The notes below the pieces were generated by a model, which worked only from the letters and a program-made list of their open reading frames with translations, did not search any database and was not told the DNA's origin. Shown here piece after piece: positions 1 through 9,471 of a stretch of DNA of 64,000 nucleotides. Where the stretch lies: NCBI GenBank assembly GCA_049515535.1, contig JBEKTZ010000006.1, positions 62,001-126,000 on the forward strand, in the 5' to 3' direction. The stretch's first letter is position 1, and each line of letters starts with the position of its first letter. A program made the position numbers and the translations under genes. This DNA comes from Candidatus Aminicenantales bacterium (lineage in GTDB: Bacteria; Acidobacteriota; Aminicenantia; Aminicenantales; UBA4085).

Positions 1-1
1 A

Positions 2-628
2 TTTCGCTCTTGGGTTTTGTTGATTGGCGCAGTCGCGGTCTTGGGGTGTCTAGCTCTGGCCCAGACCCAGAAGCCGGCGAGCCCGCCGGGGACGGCGGCC
101 ACACAAGTCGGCGGCAAGTATGTCCAGGTTCAGAACAGCCAAAGATACCAAGGAGGCAAGTGGATCGAGATATCCTACGGCCGGCCCATCAAGCGCGAGC
201 GCCAGAACTTGTTCGGCGTGGGCGCTGAATACGGTAAAAAGCTGAACGACGAAGCGCCGGTTTGGCGCGCGGGAGCCAACAAGACAACGCGGCTCAAGAC
301 GGAAGTCCCGTTGATCTTTGATGGCAAGACGCTTCCGGCCGGCGAATATTGCGTCTTCGTCGACTTGAAGGAGAAGGCCTGGATCATCATCTTCTCCACG
401 TGGCCGGCGCAGGAGAAGTACGATCCCAAAAATAAGGACGCCCTCTGGGGTTCGTACGGGTACACGCCCGATAAGGACGTCCTCCGGGCCACGATGAAGC
501 TCGACATCCTGCCGTTCTCGATGGACCAATTCACGATCGCCTTCATCGATATGACCTCCGTTGACGGGAAGCTGGCCATGATGTGGGACAAGACGATGGC
601 CACCGTTCCCTTTAAAGTCGGGAGTTAG
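2..628 (+). CDS. DUF2911 domain-containing secreted protein (5' end probably cut by window edge)
   Basis: Motifs IEISYGRP, VWRAGAN, LPAGEY; hydrophobic signal peptide; frame is open back to position 2. Confidence 0.8.
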   Translation, partial: FRSWVLLIGAVAVLGCLALAQTQKPASPPGTAATQVGGKYVQVQNSQRYQGGKWIEISYGRPIKRERQNLFGVGAEYGKKLNDEAPVWRAGANKTTRLKTEVPLIFDGKTLPAGEYCVFVDLKEKAWIIIFSTWPAQEKYDPKNKDALWGSYGYTPDKDVLRATMKLDILPFSMDQFTIAFIDMTSVDGKLAMMWDKTMATVPFKVGS

Positions 629-724
629 TCGGAGAGAACGCCTTTTTGTTTCCGATAGAGATTCGACTATAATAAAAAGGGAGATGAAGAAAGACCCTGA
701 TTCCATCCCCACGAGGAGGAAACC

Positions 725-1309
725 ATGAAACGCATTGGTCTCACGAGTGTTCTCGCCCTGGGCCTCATTTTGTTCCTGTCCCTGCCTTCGGCCACTTTTG
801 CCCAGAGAAGTCAAGTCCGGCCGAGCCCCAAAGCCAGCGTCCTGCAAAGACTCGGCGCTGACACCGATATCACCATCCAGTACGGCCGGCCGGGTGTCAA
901 AGGGAGAAAAATATGGGGTGAGTTGGTGCCTTACGGCCTGGCTCCGGGGAACTCATCTTCGATGGGCAAGCCTTTTCCCTGGCGGGCCGGCGCCAACGAA
1001 AACACGACCATTGAATTCAACAAAGACATTCTGATCGAAGGGAATAAATTAGCGGCGGGCAAGTACGGCATCCATATGATCCCTTCGGAAAAAGATTGGA
1101 TCATCATCTTCAGCAAGAACAGCGGGTCCTGGGGAAGCTTTTCTTACAGCCAGGAGGAAGACGCCCTCCGGGTGACCGTGACCCCGGTCAAAGCTCCCCA
1201 CGAAGAATGGTTGACGTACGGGTTCGGTGACTTGGCGGGAGGCTCGGCCACCGCTTATCTCCACTGGGAACAATTGAAAATACCGTTCAAGATCAAATTG
1301 GCTCAATAG
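725..1309 (+). CDS. DUF2911 domain-containing secreted protein
   Basis: RPSPKASV, ITIQYGRPGVKGRKIWGELVPYG, WRAGANE; GAGGAGG RBS; signal peptide. Confidence 0.85.
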   Translation: MKRIGLTSVLALGLILFLSLPSATFAQRSQVRPSPKASVLQRLGADTDITIQYGRPGVKGRKIWGELVPYGLAPGNSSSMGKPFPWRAGANENTTIEFNKDILIEGNKLAAGKYGIHMIPSEKDWIIIFSKNSGSWGSFSYSQEEDALRVTVTPVKAPHEEWLTYGFGDLAGGSATAYLHWEQLKIPFKIKLAQ

Positions 1310-1376
1310 TCAATAGTCTTGTTTTAGAGTCGCTTTTCGGAAGCCCGGTCCCTTCCGGTCGAAGGATGAGCTTAAC

Positions 1377-3872
1377 ATGAAAAAGTGCCTTGCGGTCGTT
1401 TTTGGCTTGAGTTTGCTGCTTCCCATGTCGGCCCGAGCCCAACAGGGCCAGATCCCCAATACCGCGGAATTGGAAATCGCCCTTCACAAGCTCAACGTTC
1501 TAGGGAGCGCTCTTTTCATTGGAGCCCATCCGGACGATGAAAATTCCTCTGTTTTGGCCTATCTCTCGAAGGGCCGGAACTTGCGGACGGCCTATCTTTC
1601 CGTCACCCGCGGCGAAGGCGGCCAAAATCTGATCGGCTCGGAGAAAGGCGCCGAGATCGGTCTCCTCCGAACTCAAGAGCTCATGTCGGCCCGCCGGGTC
1701 GATGGGGCCGAACAGTTCTTTACACGGGCCGTCGATTTTGGCTATACCAAAACGGCCGAGGAAACCTTTGAATTCTGGGGGAAGGAAAAGATCCTCGGCG
1801 ATATCGTCTGGGTGATCCGAAAATTCCGACCCGATGTGATTCTCACCCGTTTTACGCCCGAGAACGCCGGCGGACACGGCCACCATATTGCCGCCGGACT
1901 GCTGACCAAGGAGGCGTTTGTCGCGGCCGCCGACCCGAAGAGATTTTCCGAGCAATTGAAATATGTGTCGGTCTGGAAGGCCAAGAGACTGTTCTGGAAC
2001 ACCTTCCGTTCTCCGCAGGCGGAGGCCGAGGTCCAGCTGCGGGTCGATACGGGAGGCTACAATCCTTGGCTGGGAAAATCATATACGGAAATGGCCGGAG
2101 AGAGCCGGTCCCAACATAAAAGCCAGGGATTCGGCTCGGCCGGGCGGCGGGGAGCTCAATACGAATCCTTCGAGCTTATGGACGGAGATCCGGCGACCAC
2201 GGACATTTTCGAGGGGATCGATGTCACCTGGAATCGCATCCCCGGCGGACGGGCCGTGGGGCTTATGCTGGCCGAGATCTTGAGGTCTTTTGACCCCGAA
2301 CATCCTTCAAAATCGATCCCCGGCTTGCTGGGCGTTTACACGGAATTGACCAAGCTCGGGGAAGAGCCTTGGGTCCACATAAAGAAAGAAGATCTGTTGC
2401 GAGTTCTTCAGGCCTGCGCCGGGCTCTGGATGGAGGCCATCGCCGGCGATTATGCCGCCGCTCCGGGAGACACGATCCAGGTCAGAACGACGCTCGTCAA
2501 TCGGTCCGACCAGCCGATGACACTTCACAGTCTCAGCCTTCCAACCGTCGCCCCGGAAGTTGTCCTTGATCGTTCCCTCAAGAACAACGAGCCCGTGACC
2601 ATAGAAAAAACGATTCTCATCCCAAAAGATTTTCCGCTCTCCCAGCCTTATTGGTTGGAGGCTCCCCGTCAAGACGGTTTCTTTTTTATCCGCGAGCAAA
2701 ATGTCACGGGGTTGGCGGAGAACCCTCCCTCCATCGAAATTAAACTCGGCTTGGACGCCGGCGGGAAACTTCTGGAGTATTCCATCCCCTTGTCCTTCCG
2801 CTGGACGGATCAAGTGGACGGCGAACTTTATCGGCTTTTTGAAGTCCGGCCTCCAGTGACCCTCCAGGTCGAAGAAAAAGTCGGCATTTTTACGGGTGAA
2901 AATCCAAAGAAGATCAAAATCAAACTCAAGAGCCACTCTCAGAATATCGCCGGGCAAGTCCGGCTCAAAGGGCCGGATGTTTGGAAAATCACCCCGGTCG
3001 CCATTCCCTTCTCTTTGACCGGAAAATACGAAGAGGGCGAGGTCACGTTCGACGTCATCCCTCCGAAATTCGCCGCCGAGGCCGACCTGACAGCGGAAGC
3101 CGAGTTCGGCGGAGAAAAAGCGAGCCGAGCGTTGGTGGAAATCTCTTATCCCCACATTCATCGGCAGGTCTATTTCCCCGAGAGCCGAATTCGCGTCGTC
3201 AAGCTGGATGTTAAAACCCAAGGAAAGAAAGTCGGCTATATCATGGGGGCGGGCGACGAGGTCCCCGATGCCCTGCGCAACCTAGGGTATGACGTGATTC
3301 AACTGAGCGATGGGATGCTCGAAAACGCGGACCTTTCCCAATTCGACGCCATCATCACCGGTGTCAGGGCCTACAATACGCGGGACAGCCTCAGGCTTAT
3401 CAAAGACAAACTTCTCCAATACGTAGAACGCGGGGGGAACCTCGTCGTCCAATATAATGTGCCCTCAGGCCAGTTGACCAACCGGATCGGCCCGTATCCC
3501 TTGACCATCGGCCGAGACCGGGTGGACGTGGAAAACGCGCCGGTGACCTTTCTGGCTCCCGAGCATCCGCTGCTGAATGTTCCAAACAAGATCACGCCCA
3601 AAGATTTTGAAGGGTGGATTCAGGAGAGAGGTTTGTATTTTGCTTCTCAGTGGGACGAAAAATATGAAGCGATTCTCTCGTCCCATGATCCGGGGGAGTC
3701 CGACAAAAAAGGCGGTCTCTTATACGCTCGTTATGGCCAAGGTGTTTTTATCTATACGGCCTTGGCTTGGTTTCGACAATTGCCGGATGGCGTGCCGGGC
3801 GCGTATCGGCTTTTTGCCAACTTGATTTCGGCGGGGAAAACCACTGGCAAACGCACCGACGGAAAAAACTGA
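1377..3872 (+). CDS. Secreted PIG-L/LmbE-family deacetylase with C-terminal Ig-like and GATase-like domains
   Basis: AHPDDE, TRGEGGQN, RTQEL, DFGY, HGHH motifs; N-terminal signal peptide; 831 aa. Confidence 0.85.
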   Translation: MKKCLAVVFGLSLLLPMSARAQQGQIPNTAELEIALHKLNVLGSALFIGAHPDDENSSVLAYLSKGRNLRTAYLSVTRGEGGQNLIGSEKGAEIGLLRTQELMSARRVDGAEQFFTRAVDFGYTKTAEETFEFWGKEKILGDIVWVIRKFRPDVILTRFTPENAGGHGHHIAAGLLTKEAFVAAADPKRFSEQLKYVSVWKAKRLFWNTFRSPQAEAEVQLRVDTGGYNPWLGKSYTEMAGESRSQHKSQGFGSAGRRGAQYESFELMDGDPATTDIFEGIDVTWNRIPGGRAVGLMLAEILRSFDPEHPSKSIPGLLGVYTELTKLGEEPWVHIKKEDLLRVLQACAGLWMEAIAGDYAAAPGDTIQVRTTLVNRSDQPMTLHSLSLPTVAPEVVLDRSLKNNEPVTIEKTILIPKDFPLSQPYWLEAPRQDGFFFIREQNVTGLAENPPSIEIKLGLDAGGKLLEYSIPLSFRWTDQVDGELYRLFEVRPPVTLQVEEKVGIFTGENPKKIKIKLKSHSQNIAGQVRLKGPDVWKITPVAIPFSLTGKYEEGEVTFDVIPPKFAAEADLTAEAEFGGEKASRALVEISYPHIHRQVYFPESRIRVVKLDVKTQGKKVGYIMGAGDEVPDALRNLGYDVIQLSDGMLENADLSQFDAIITGVRAYNTRDSLRLIKDKLLQYVERGGNLVVQYNVPSGQLTNRIGPYPLTIGRDRVDVENAPVTFLAPEHPLLNVPNKITPKDFEGWIQERGLYFASQWDEKYEAILSSHDPGESDKKGGLLYARYGQGVFIYTALAWFRQLPDGVPGAYRLFANLISAGKTTGKRTDGKN

Positions 3873-3990
3873 GAACGAACAGGATCGGCCGCCTTTCTTC
3901 TCGTCGTGGAACCGTCTCTATGCCCTCGTCCTGTTGAACCTGGCCTTCCAGATCTTCCTTTTTTATCTTTTCACCGAAGCTTTCAAATGA
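3844..3990 (+). CDS. Small membrane protein (48 aa, CTG start), not in the ORF track
   Basis: Reads LANAPTEKTENEQDRPPFFSSWNRLYALVLLNLAFQIFLFYLFTEAFK*; one TM helix; its TGA overlaps the bshC ATG (ATGA). Confidence 0.6.
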   Translation: MANAPTEKTENEQDRPPFFSSWNRLYALVLLNLAFQIFLFYLFTEAFK

Positions 3991-5612
3991 TGGCGATCCC
4001 GATGAGAAACCTGCCGCGCCTTCCGCGTCTGGTTCACGACTATTTTTATGCTTACGGCAAGGTCGAAGAGTTTTACAGCGGCGACTTTCGAGACGTCGCC
4101 GCTTTCGAGCGTCAGACGGAGAGAGCGATCGCCCGTCCTTTGCCGCGGAAATCCTTAGCCGAGGTTTTAACCGAGCAAAATCAAAGCTACGGCTGCGGGC
4201 CTCGGACACTCGGCCATATCCAGAAAATCGCCCAGGATCAGGCCTGTGCCGTCGTGACCGGACAGCAGGTCGGGCTCTTTTCGGGGCCGCTCTACACGAT
4301 CTATAAAGCCCTGACCGCGGTCAAACTCGCCGAACACCTCAATCGGCGGGGCCTCGGATGCTTCGTGCCGGTCTTTTGGTTGGCTTCGGACGATCACGAT
4401 TTGGCCGAAATCGATCATATCGTCCTGCTGGATAAGAATTATCAGCTCACGGACGTCCGCTGCCAGATGCCGTCCAGCGAAGCCAAGATCCCGGCTTCGC
4501 ATGTTGTTTTGCCGCCGGACATCACGGATTGTCTCCGGCAACTCGAGGATTTCACCCGGGATTCCGAATTCAAAGCGGACATCATCGAGCATCTGGCCGA
4601 CGCCTACCGGCCCGGCCGGTCGTTGGTCGAGGCTTTTGCCCGCTGGATGACCAGACTGTTCGCGTCTTCCGGGCTGATCTTTATGGACGCCGCCCACCCG
4701 AGCTTCAGGGCCCTGGGGAAAGAGGTTTTTTATCGAGAGATTGCCGAAGAGTCGCCCTCGACCCAGGCGGCCCTGGCGACGTCCGAAAAATTGCGTCTGG
4801 CCGGATACGATGAGCAAATCCACCTCCACGACCGGATCCTCAATATTTTTTATGCTGAACAGGGACGGCGGACCATTCAACGGAACGCAACCGGTTTCGA
4901 GATCAAAGATCCGCCGCAAGCGTTCCAGAAAGAAGAGCTTTTGGCCCTGGCGACGGAAAAGCCGTTTTTATTCAGTCCGAATGTCCTGCTCCGCCCCCTT
5001 TATCAAGACGCCCTTCTGCCGACGGTCGCCTACATCGGCGGGCCTGGAGAGATCGCCTATTTTGCCCAGATGAAGGGTGTCTATGACAGGTTCCGGTTGC
5101 CGATGCCGGTGATCTATCCCCGGAAAACTGTAACCATCGTCGAAAAGAAAATCGATCATATCCTGAAGAAATACGATCTTAAAATTCCCGATATCTGGTC
5201 GAAGGCGGATTACCTCATCCATGAGGTTGCTAAGGACACCATCCCCGAATCCATGGACGTGGCTTTGCGCCTCGCCCTGTCGCATCTTGACCAGGACTTT
5301 GAATCTCTGACGCGGGAGATCGCGGCCTTCGAACCGACCCTGAAAAATTCCGCCGGCCTCGCTCAGGGGAGAATGCATCAGCAATGGAGCTTTCTGGAAA
5401 AGAAGATCCTGCAAGCGGCGAAGAAACGGAACGAGATCGCGGTTCAGCAGCTTCGCCAGGCCCTCGATAATCTCTACCCGAACCGAAACCTCCAGGAGAG
5501 AGTGTTCAACATCGTGCCATATCTTATAAAATACGGCGCGGCCTTCATGGACAAACTTGACCAGGCCGTCGAGATCGATGAACATGATCATCAGATCATG
5601 ACGATGGGATAG
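3987..5612 (+). CDS. bshC: Bacillithiol biosynthesis cysteine-adding enzyme BshC
   Basis: VVTGQQVGLFSGPLYTIYKA, VPVFWLASDDHD, SPNVLLRPLYQD..LPTVAYIGGPGEIAY, LQER motifs; start moved to ATG 3987. Confidence 0.93.
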   Translation: MMAIPMRNLPRLPRLVHDYFYAYGKVEEFYSGDFRDVAAFERQTERAIARPLPRKSLAEVLTEQNQSYGCGPRTLGHIQKIAQDQACAVVTGQQVGLFSGPLYTIYKALTAVKLAEHLNRRGLGCFVPVFWLASDDHDLAEIDHIVLLDKNYQLTDVRCQMPSSEAKIPASHVVLPPDITDCLRQLEDFTRDSEFKADIIEHLADAYRPGRSLVEAFARWMTRLFASSGLIFMDAAHPSFRALGKEVFYREIAEESPSTQAALATSEKLRLAGYDEQIHLHDRILNIFYAEQGRRTIQRNATGFEIKDPPQAFQKEELLALATEKPFLFSPNVLLRPLYQDALLPTVAYIGGPGEIAYFAQMKGVYDRFRLPMPVIYPRKTVTIVEKKIDHILKKYDLKIPDIWSKADYLIHEVAKDTIPESMDVALRLALSHLDQDFESLTREIAAFEPTLKNSAGLAQGRMHQQWSFLEKKILQAAKKRNEIAVQQLRQALDNLYPNRNLQERVFNIVPYLIKYGAAFMDKLDQAVEIDEHDHQIMTMG

Positions 5613-5637
5613 GATCCCTTCGTTCAAGGAGACTGCT

Positions 5638-6381
5638 ATGGACTTGGATGCTCTAGCGTTTGGGGCGCATGCCGACGATGTGGAAATAACCTGCGGCGCG
5701 ACGATCATCAAATTGGCCGCGCTGGGCTATAAGACCGGAGTCATCACCCTGACCCGGGGCGAGATGGCCACCCGGGGCACTCCCGAAATCCGAGCCGAGG
5801 AGTTCAAAAAATCGGCGGAGATCATGGGCTTAGCCGTGCATAAAATGCTCGATATTCCCGACGGCCGGGTCGAGGTCACTTGGGAGAACAAGCTCAAGAT
5901 CATCGCCGAAATACGCGCCCATAAGCCAAGGATCGTTTTCGCCCCCTACTGGGTCGAGCGTCACCCGGATCATGAAAATACGTCTCATCTCGTGCGGGAA
6001 TCGGCCTACCTTTCAGGATTGAAAAAAATCGATACTGGGCAAGACGCCTTTCGGCCTCTGAGGGTCGTTTTTTACCAGAGCCGGTTCGAGTTCACGCCCT
6101 CGTTCGTTATCGATACGTCCGGCTTCTACGGCCGAAAGATGAGCGCGATCATGGCCTATGCATCCCAGTTCCATCGCCCGGATCGGGCCGGATCCGGACC
6201 CGGGTCCGAGGAAACGTCTATCAGCCGACCCGAATTCCTGGACCATATCGAGATCCGGGACAGGAGATACGGAGCTCAGATCGGCGCGAAATACGGGGAG
6301 CCTTTTCTCGTCCGCGAAGCCCTGAAAGTTGATGACCCGGTCGCGTTCTTCGGACCGGAATCCCTATGGACGATCCCATGA
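5638..6381 (+). CDS. bshB1: Bacillithiol biosynthesis deacetylase BshB1
   Basis: AFGAHADDVE, LTRGEM.TRG, RHPDH, AYASQF motifs; lies between bshC and bshA. Confidence 0.9.
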   Translation: MDLDALAFGAHADDVEITCGATIIKLAALGYKTGVITLTRGEMATRGTPEIRAEEFKKSAEIMGLAVHKMLDIPDGRVEVTWENKLKIIAEIRAHKPRIVFAPYWVERHPDHENTSHLVRESAYLSGLKKIDTGQDAFRPLRVVFYQSRFEFTPSFVIDTSGFYGRKMSAIMAYASQFHRPDRAGSGPGSEETSISRPEFLDHIEIRDRRYGAQIGAKYGEPFLVREALKVDDPVAFFGPESLWTIP

Positions 6382-6421
6382 TCTTCGGCGGCCGGGCTCA
6401 AGCGCCGGAAAGGATCTTCGG

Positions 6422-7543
6422 ATGAACATCGGCATCGTTTGCTATCCGACCCACGGGGGGAGCGGAGTCGTGGCCTCGGAATTGGCGATCGGTTTGGCTC
6501 AAAAGGGCCATGAGGTCCATATCGTCAGCTACGCGCCCCCTTTTCGTTTGCGCGCGTTCCATCAAAACATTTTCATTCACGAGGTTGACGTTGCGTCCTA
6601 TCCGTTGTTCAAGTACCCCTCCTACGAGTTGGGGCTGGCCGCCAAATTGGTCGAACTGGCGGAGATCCATCATCTCGACGTCATTCATGCCCATTATGCC
6701 CTCCCCCATGCGGCCAGCGCCTATTTGGCCAAACAGATATTCAATGCCCGGCGGCTCAAGACGGTCACCACCCTCCACGGCACGGATATCACCCTGGTCG
6801 GTGCCGACCCGTCGTTCCGCCGGGTCGTCAAATTCGCCATCGAGAAATCGGACGGTGTCACGGCGGTGTCCCATTATCTTAAGAACCGCACGATCGAAGA
6901 ATTCGATATCCATCGTGAGATCCGGGTCATCTATAATTTCGTCGACCCCGGCCGGCCGGCACGGAATCGCGGCCTGTGCTCCAGAGAGGCGTTCGCTCCC
7001 AAAGGGGAGAAGATCTTGATGCACGCCTCGAATTTCCGCCCGGTCAAAAGGGTCGGAGACGTCGTCCGGATTTTTGCCCAAGTTCACGGCCGGATCCCGG
7101 CCAAGCTCCTTTTAGTCGGCGAAGGGCCCGATCGTCCGTTCGTCCAGCAGTTAGCGAGCGAGATGAATCTCGGCTCCGATGTTCATTTCCTCGGAGAGCA
7201 GGATCAGCTGGAGCCTTTGTTTTTCTGCACCGACCTGTTTCTCCTGCCCAGCGAACAGGAGAGCTTCGGGTTGACGGCCCTGGAGGCCATGAATTGCGGC
7301 GTCCCCGTGATCGGCACCGACATCGGTGGATTGCCCGAGGTCATCGCCCAGGGAGAGACGGGATATATGTTCCCTATCGGCGATATCGCGGGCATGGCCG
7401 CGAAAGCCGTTGAACTTCTGAGCGATCCGGCCGCGCTTGAACTTTTCAAAACGCGGGCGCGGAGGCGCGCCGAACAATTCTTTGACGCCGCCCAGATCAT
7501 CCCTCAATACGAGGCATTTTACCGGGAGATATTGAACTCTTAG
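6422..7543 (+). CDS. bshA: N-acetyl-alpha-D-glucosaminyl L-malate synthase BshA (GT4)
   Basis: MNIGIVCYPTHGGSG, HAHYALPHA, TTLHGTDITLVG, SNFRPVKR, ESFGL motifs. Confidence 0.95.
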   Translation: MNIGIVCYPTHGGSGVVASELAIGLAQKGHEVHIVSYAPPFRLRAFHQNIFIHEVDVASYPLFKYPSYELGLAAKLVELAEIHHLDVIHAHYALPHAASAYLAKQIFNARRLKTVTTLHGTDITLVGADPSFRRVVKFAIEKSDGVTAVSHYLKNRTIEEFDIHREIRVIYNFVDPGRPARNRGLCSREAFAPKGEKILMHASNFRPVKRVGDVVRIFAQVHGRIPAKLLLVGEGPDRPFVQQLASEMNLGSDVHFLGEQDQLEPLFFCTDLFLLPSEQESFGLTALEAMNCGVPVIGTDIGGLPEVIAQGETGYMFPIGDIAGMAAKAVELLSDPAALELFKTRARRRAEQFFDAAQIIPQYEAFYREILNS

Positions 7544-7546
7544 CCC

Positions 7547-9247
7547 ATGGGTTCCTTCGACTGGATCGTCTTGAGTTCCTTTCTCCTGTTTGTGGCCGTC
7601 TATGGCGTTTGGAAAACCCGCGGCAAAAAAGACGTCCATGGCTATTTTCTGGCGAACAAATCGACGCCCTGGTACGCCATCACGATTTCGGTCATGGCCA
7701 CGCAAGCCAGCGCCATCACCTTTCTTTCCACTCCGGGACAGGCCTATGTGGACGGTATGCGGTTTGTCCAGTTCTATTTCGGTTTGCCCATCGCCATGAT
7801 CGTTCTATCCATCACGGCCGTTCCTATTTTCCATCGACTCAAGGTCTACACGGCCTACGAATTTTTGGAGCAGCGATTCGACCTGAAAAACCGCGTTTTG
7901 GGGAGCCTCCTCTTTCTCATCCAACGCGGACTCGCCGCCGGCTTCACGATCTTGGCCCCGGCCCTGGTCATTTCCGTCATTCTCGGCTGGGATTTCCGGC
8001 TGACGATCTTCATGACCGGAGGACTGGTGATCTTCTACACGGCGGCGGGGGGGACGGAGGCGGTCAGCAAAACACAGTTGCTGCAGATGATCATCATTTC
8101 TCTGGGGATGGGAGCGGCGCTCTTTATGATTTTTCGCCGCTTGCCGCCCGACATCTCTTTGGCCAAGGCCGTTCATGTCGCCGGAAAGCTTGGACGTCTG
8201 AACGTCGTCAATTTCGCTTTCGATTGGAAGGACCGCTATAATTTTTGGTCGGGCCTCATCGGGGGGGCTTTCGTCGCCCTCTCGTATTTCGGGACGGACC
8301 AGTCCCAGGTTCAGCGCTACCTGTCCGGACGTTCAGTCGCCCATATCCGGGTCGGGCTCCTCGCCAACGGCGTGCTGAAAGTCCCCATGCAGTTTATCAT
8401 TCTTTTCATCGGGGCCATGGTCTTCGTTTTCTATCAATTCGTCACGCCTCCGTTGTTCTTCAATCCGGTCGAGACCGCAGCCTTGAAAAGCAGTCCCTAC
8501 GCGGACGCCTATGCGAACTTGGAAGCGGACCAGGCTCGCCTGAACGGCGAGAAGCGGGAAACCCTCAGGAAAATGCTGGCGGCGATCGATGCCCGAAGCG
8601 ACGCGGACCTGAAGACCGCTTCTCAAGAGCTCCAACGAACGAGAGAATCCGAACTCGGCCTCCGGCGCGACGTCATCCAGCTTATCAAAAAAAGGAATCC
8701 CCTGGCCGAAACCAACGACACCAATTACATTTTTTTAAGTTTCGTGACCCGGTTTTTGCCGGTGGGGCTGGTCGGGCTGATCCTGGCGGCGATTCTCTCG
8801 GCCTCGATGTCGGCCTCATCCGCCGAACTCAACGCATTGGCCTCGGTCACGGTGCTCGACATATACAAACGAATTATAAGGAAAAACGCGCCGGACCGGC
8901 ACTATCTCATCGCTTCGAAAATGGCGACGGTCTTTTGGGGAATTTACGCCATCTGTTTCGCCCAGTTCGCCAACCATCTCGGCTCCTTGATCGAGGCCGT
9001 GAATATTTTGGGGTCCCTCTTTTACGGCACGATCCTGGGAATTTTTCTCGTTGCCTTCTATTTCAAAAAGATCGGTGGCCAGGCCACGTTCATCGCGGCA
9101 ATCGTCGCGGAATTGTCCGTCTTGGCCTGTTATTTTTTTACGAAGATCCCCTATTTGTGGTTCAATGTCATCGGCTGTTTGATCCTCATCGCCTTGGCGA
9201 ATTCATTGAACCCCCTGTTCGCCGCAAAAAAACATGCAACGGCGTAA
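7547..9247 (+). CDS. Sodium:solute symporter (SSS) family transporter
   Basis: ATQASAITFLS.PG, YFGTDQSQVQRYL, ~13 TM segments, helical insertion mid-protein. Confidence 0.9.
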   Translation: MGSFDWIVLSSFLLFVAVYGVWKTRGKKDVHGYFLANKSTPWYAITISVMATQASAITFLSTPGQAYVDGMRFVQFYFGLPIAMIVLSITAVPIFHRLKVYTAYEFLEQRFDLKNRVLGSLLFLIQRGLAAGFTILAPALVISVILGWDFRLTIFMTGGLVIFYTAAGGTEAVSKTQLLQMIIISLGMGAALFMIFRRLPPDISLAKAVHVAGKLGRLNVVNFAFDWKDRYNFWSGLIGGAFVALSYFGTDQSQVQRYLSGRSVAHIRVGLLANGVLKVPMQFIILFIGAMVFVFYQFVTPPLFFNPVETAALKSSPYADAYANLEADQARLNGEKRETLRKMLAAIDARSDADLKTASQELQRTRESELGLRRDVIQLIKKRNPLAETNDTNYIFLSFVTRFLPVGLVGLILAAILSASMSASSAELNALASVTVLDIYKRIIRKNAPDRHYLIASKMATVFWGIYAICFAQFANHLGSLIEAVNILGSLFYGTILGIFLVAFYFKKIGGQATFIAAIVAELSVLACYFFTKIPYLWFNVIGCLILIALANSLNPLFAAKKHATA

Positions 9248-9471
9248 CGCGACGCCGCAGCTTTTTAGCCCCGGTCTGATCTGCGTTTTCTCATATCTTT
9301 ATGTGGTGGAAGAGAGAGGCTGGCTAAAGTCCGGCCCCAAAATTCACTTTGTGAATGAATTGAATTATGTTAATCTTACTAATTGTATAGTAATAATAGG
9401 GGATATAGGCGAGGTTATCACTCCGATGAGAGTTCCGAGCGCTGCTTCCGCTGGAGATCCCTGGGGATGTT

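Noticed and set aside
3870..3986. PIG-L/BshC read-through fusion, or BshC starting at 3906
   Set aside because: The frames coincide, but a secreted enzyme fused to cytoplasmic BshC is implausible. The interval is better explained by the 48-aa ORF in another frame.
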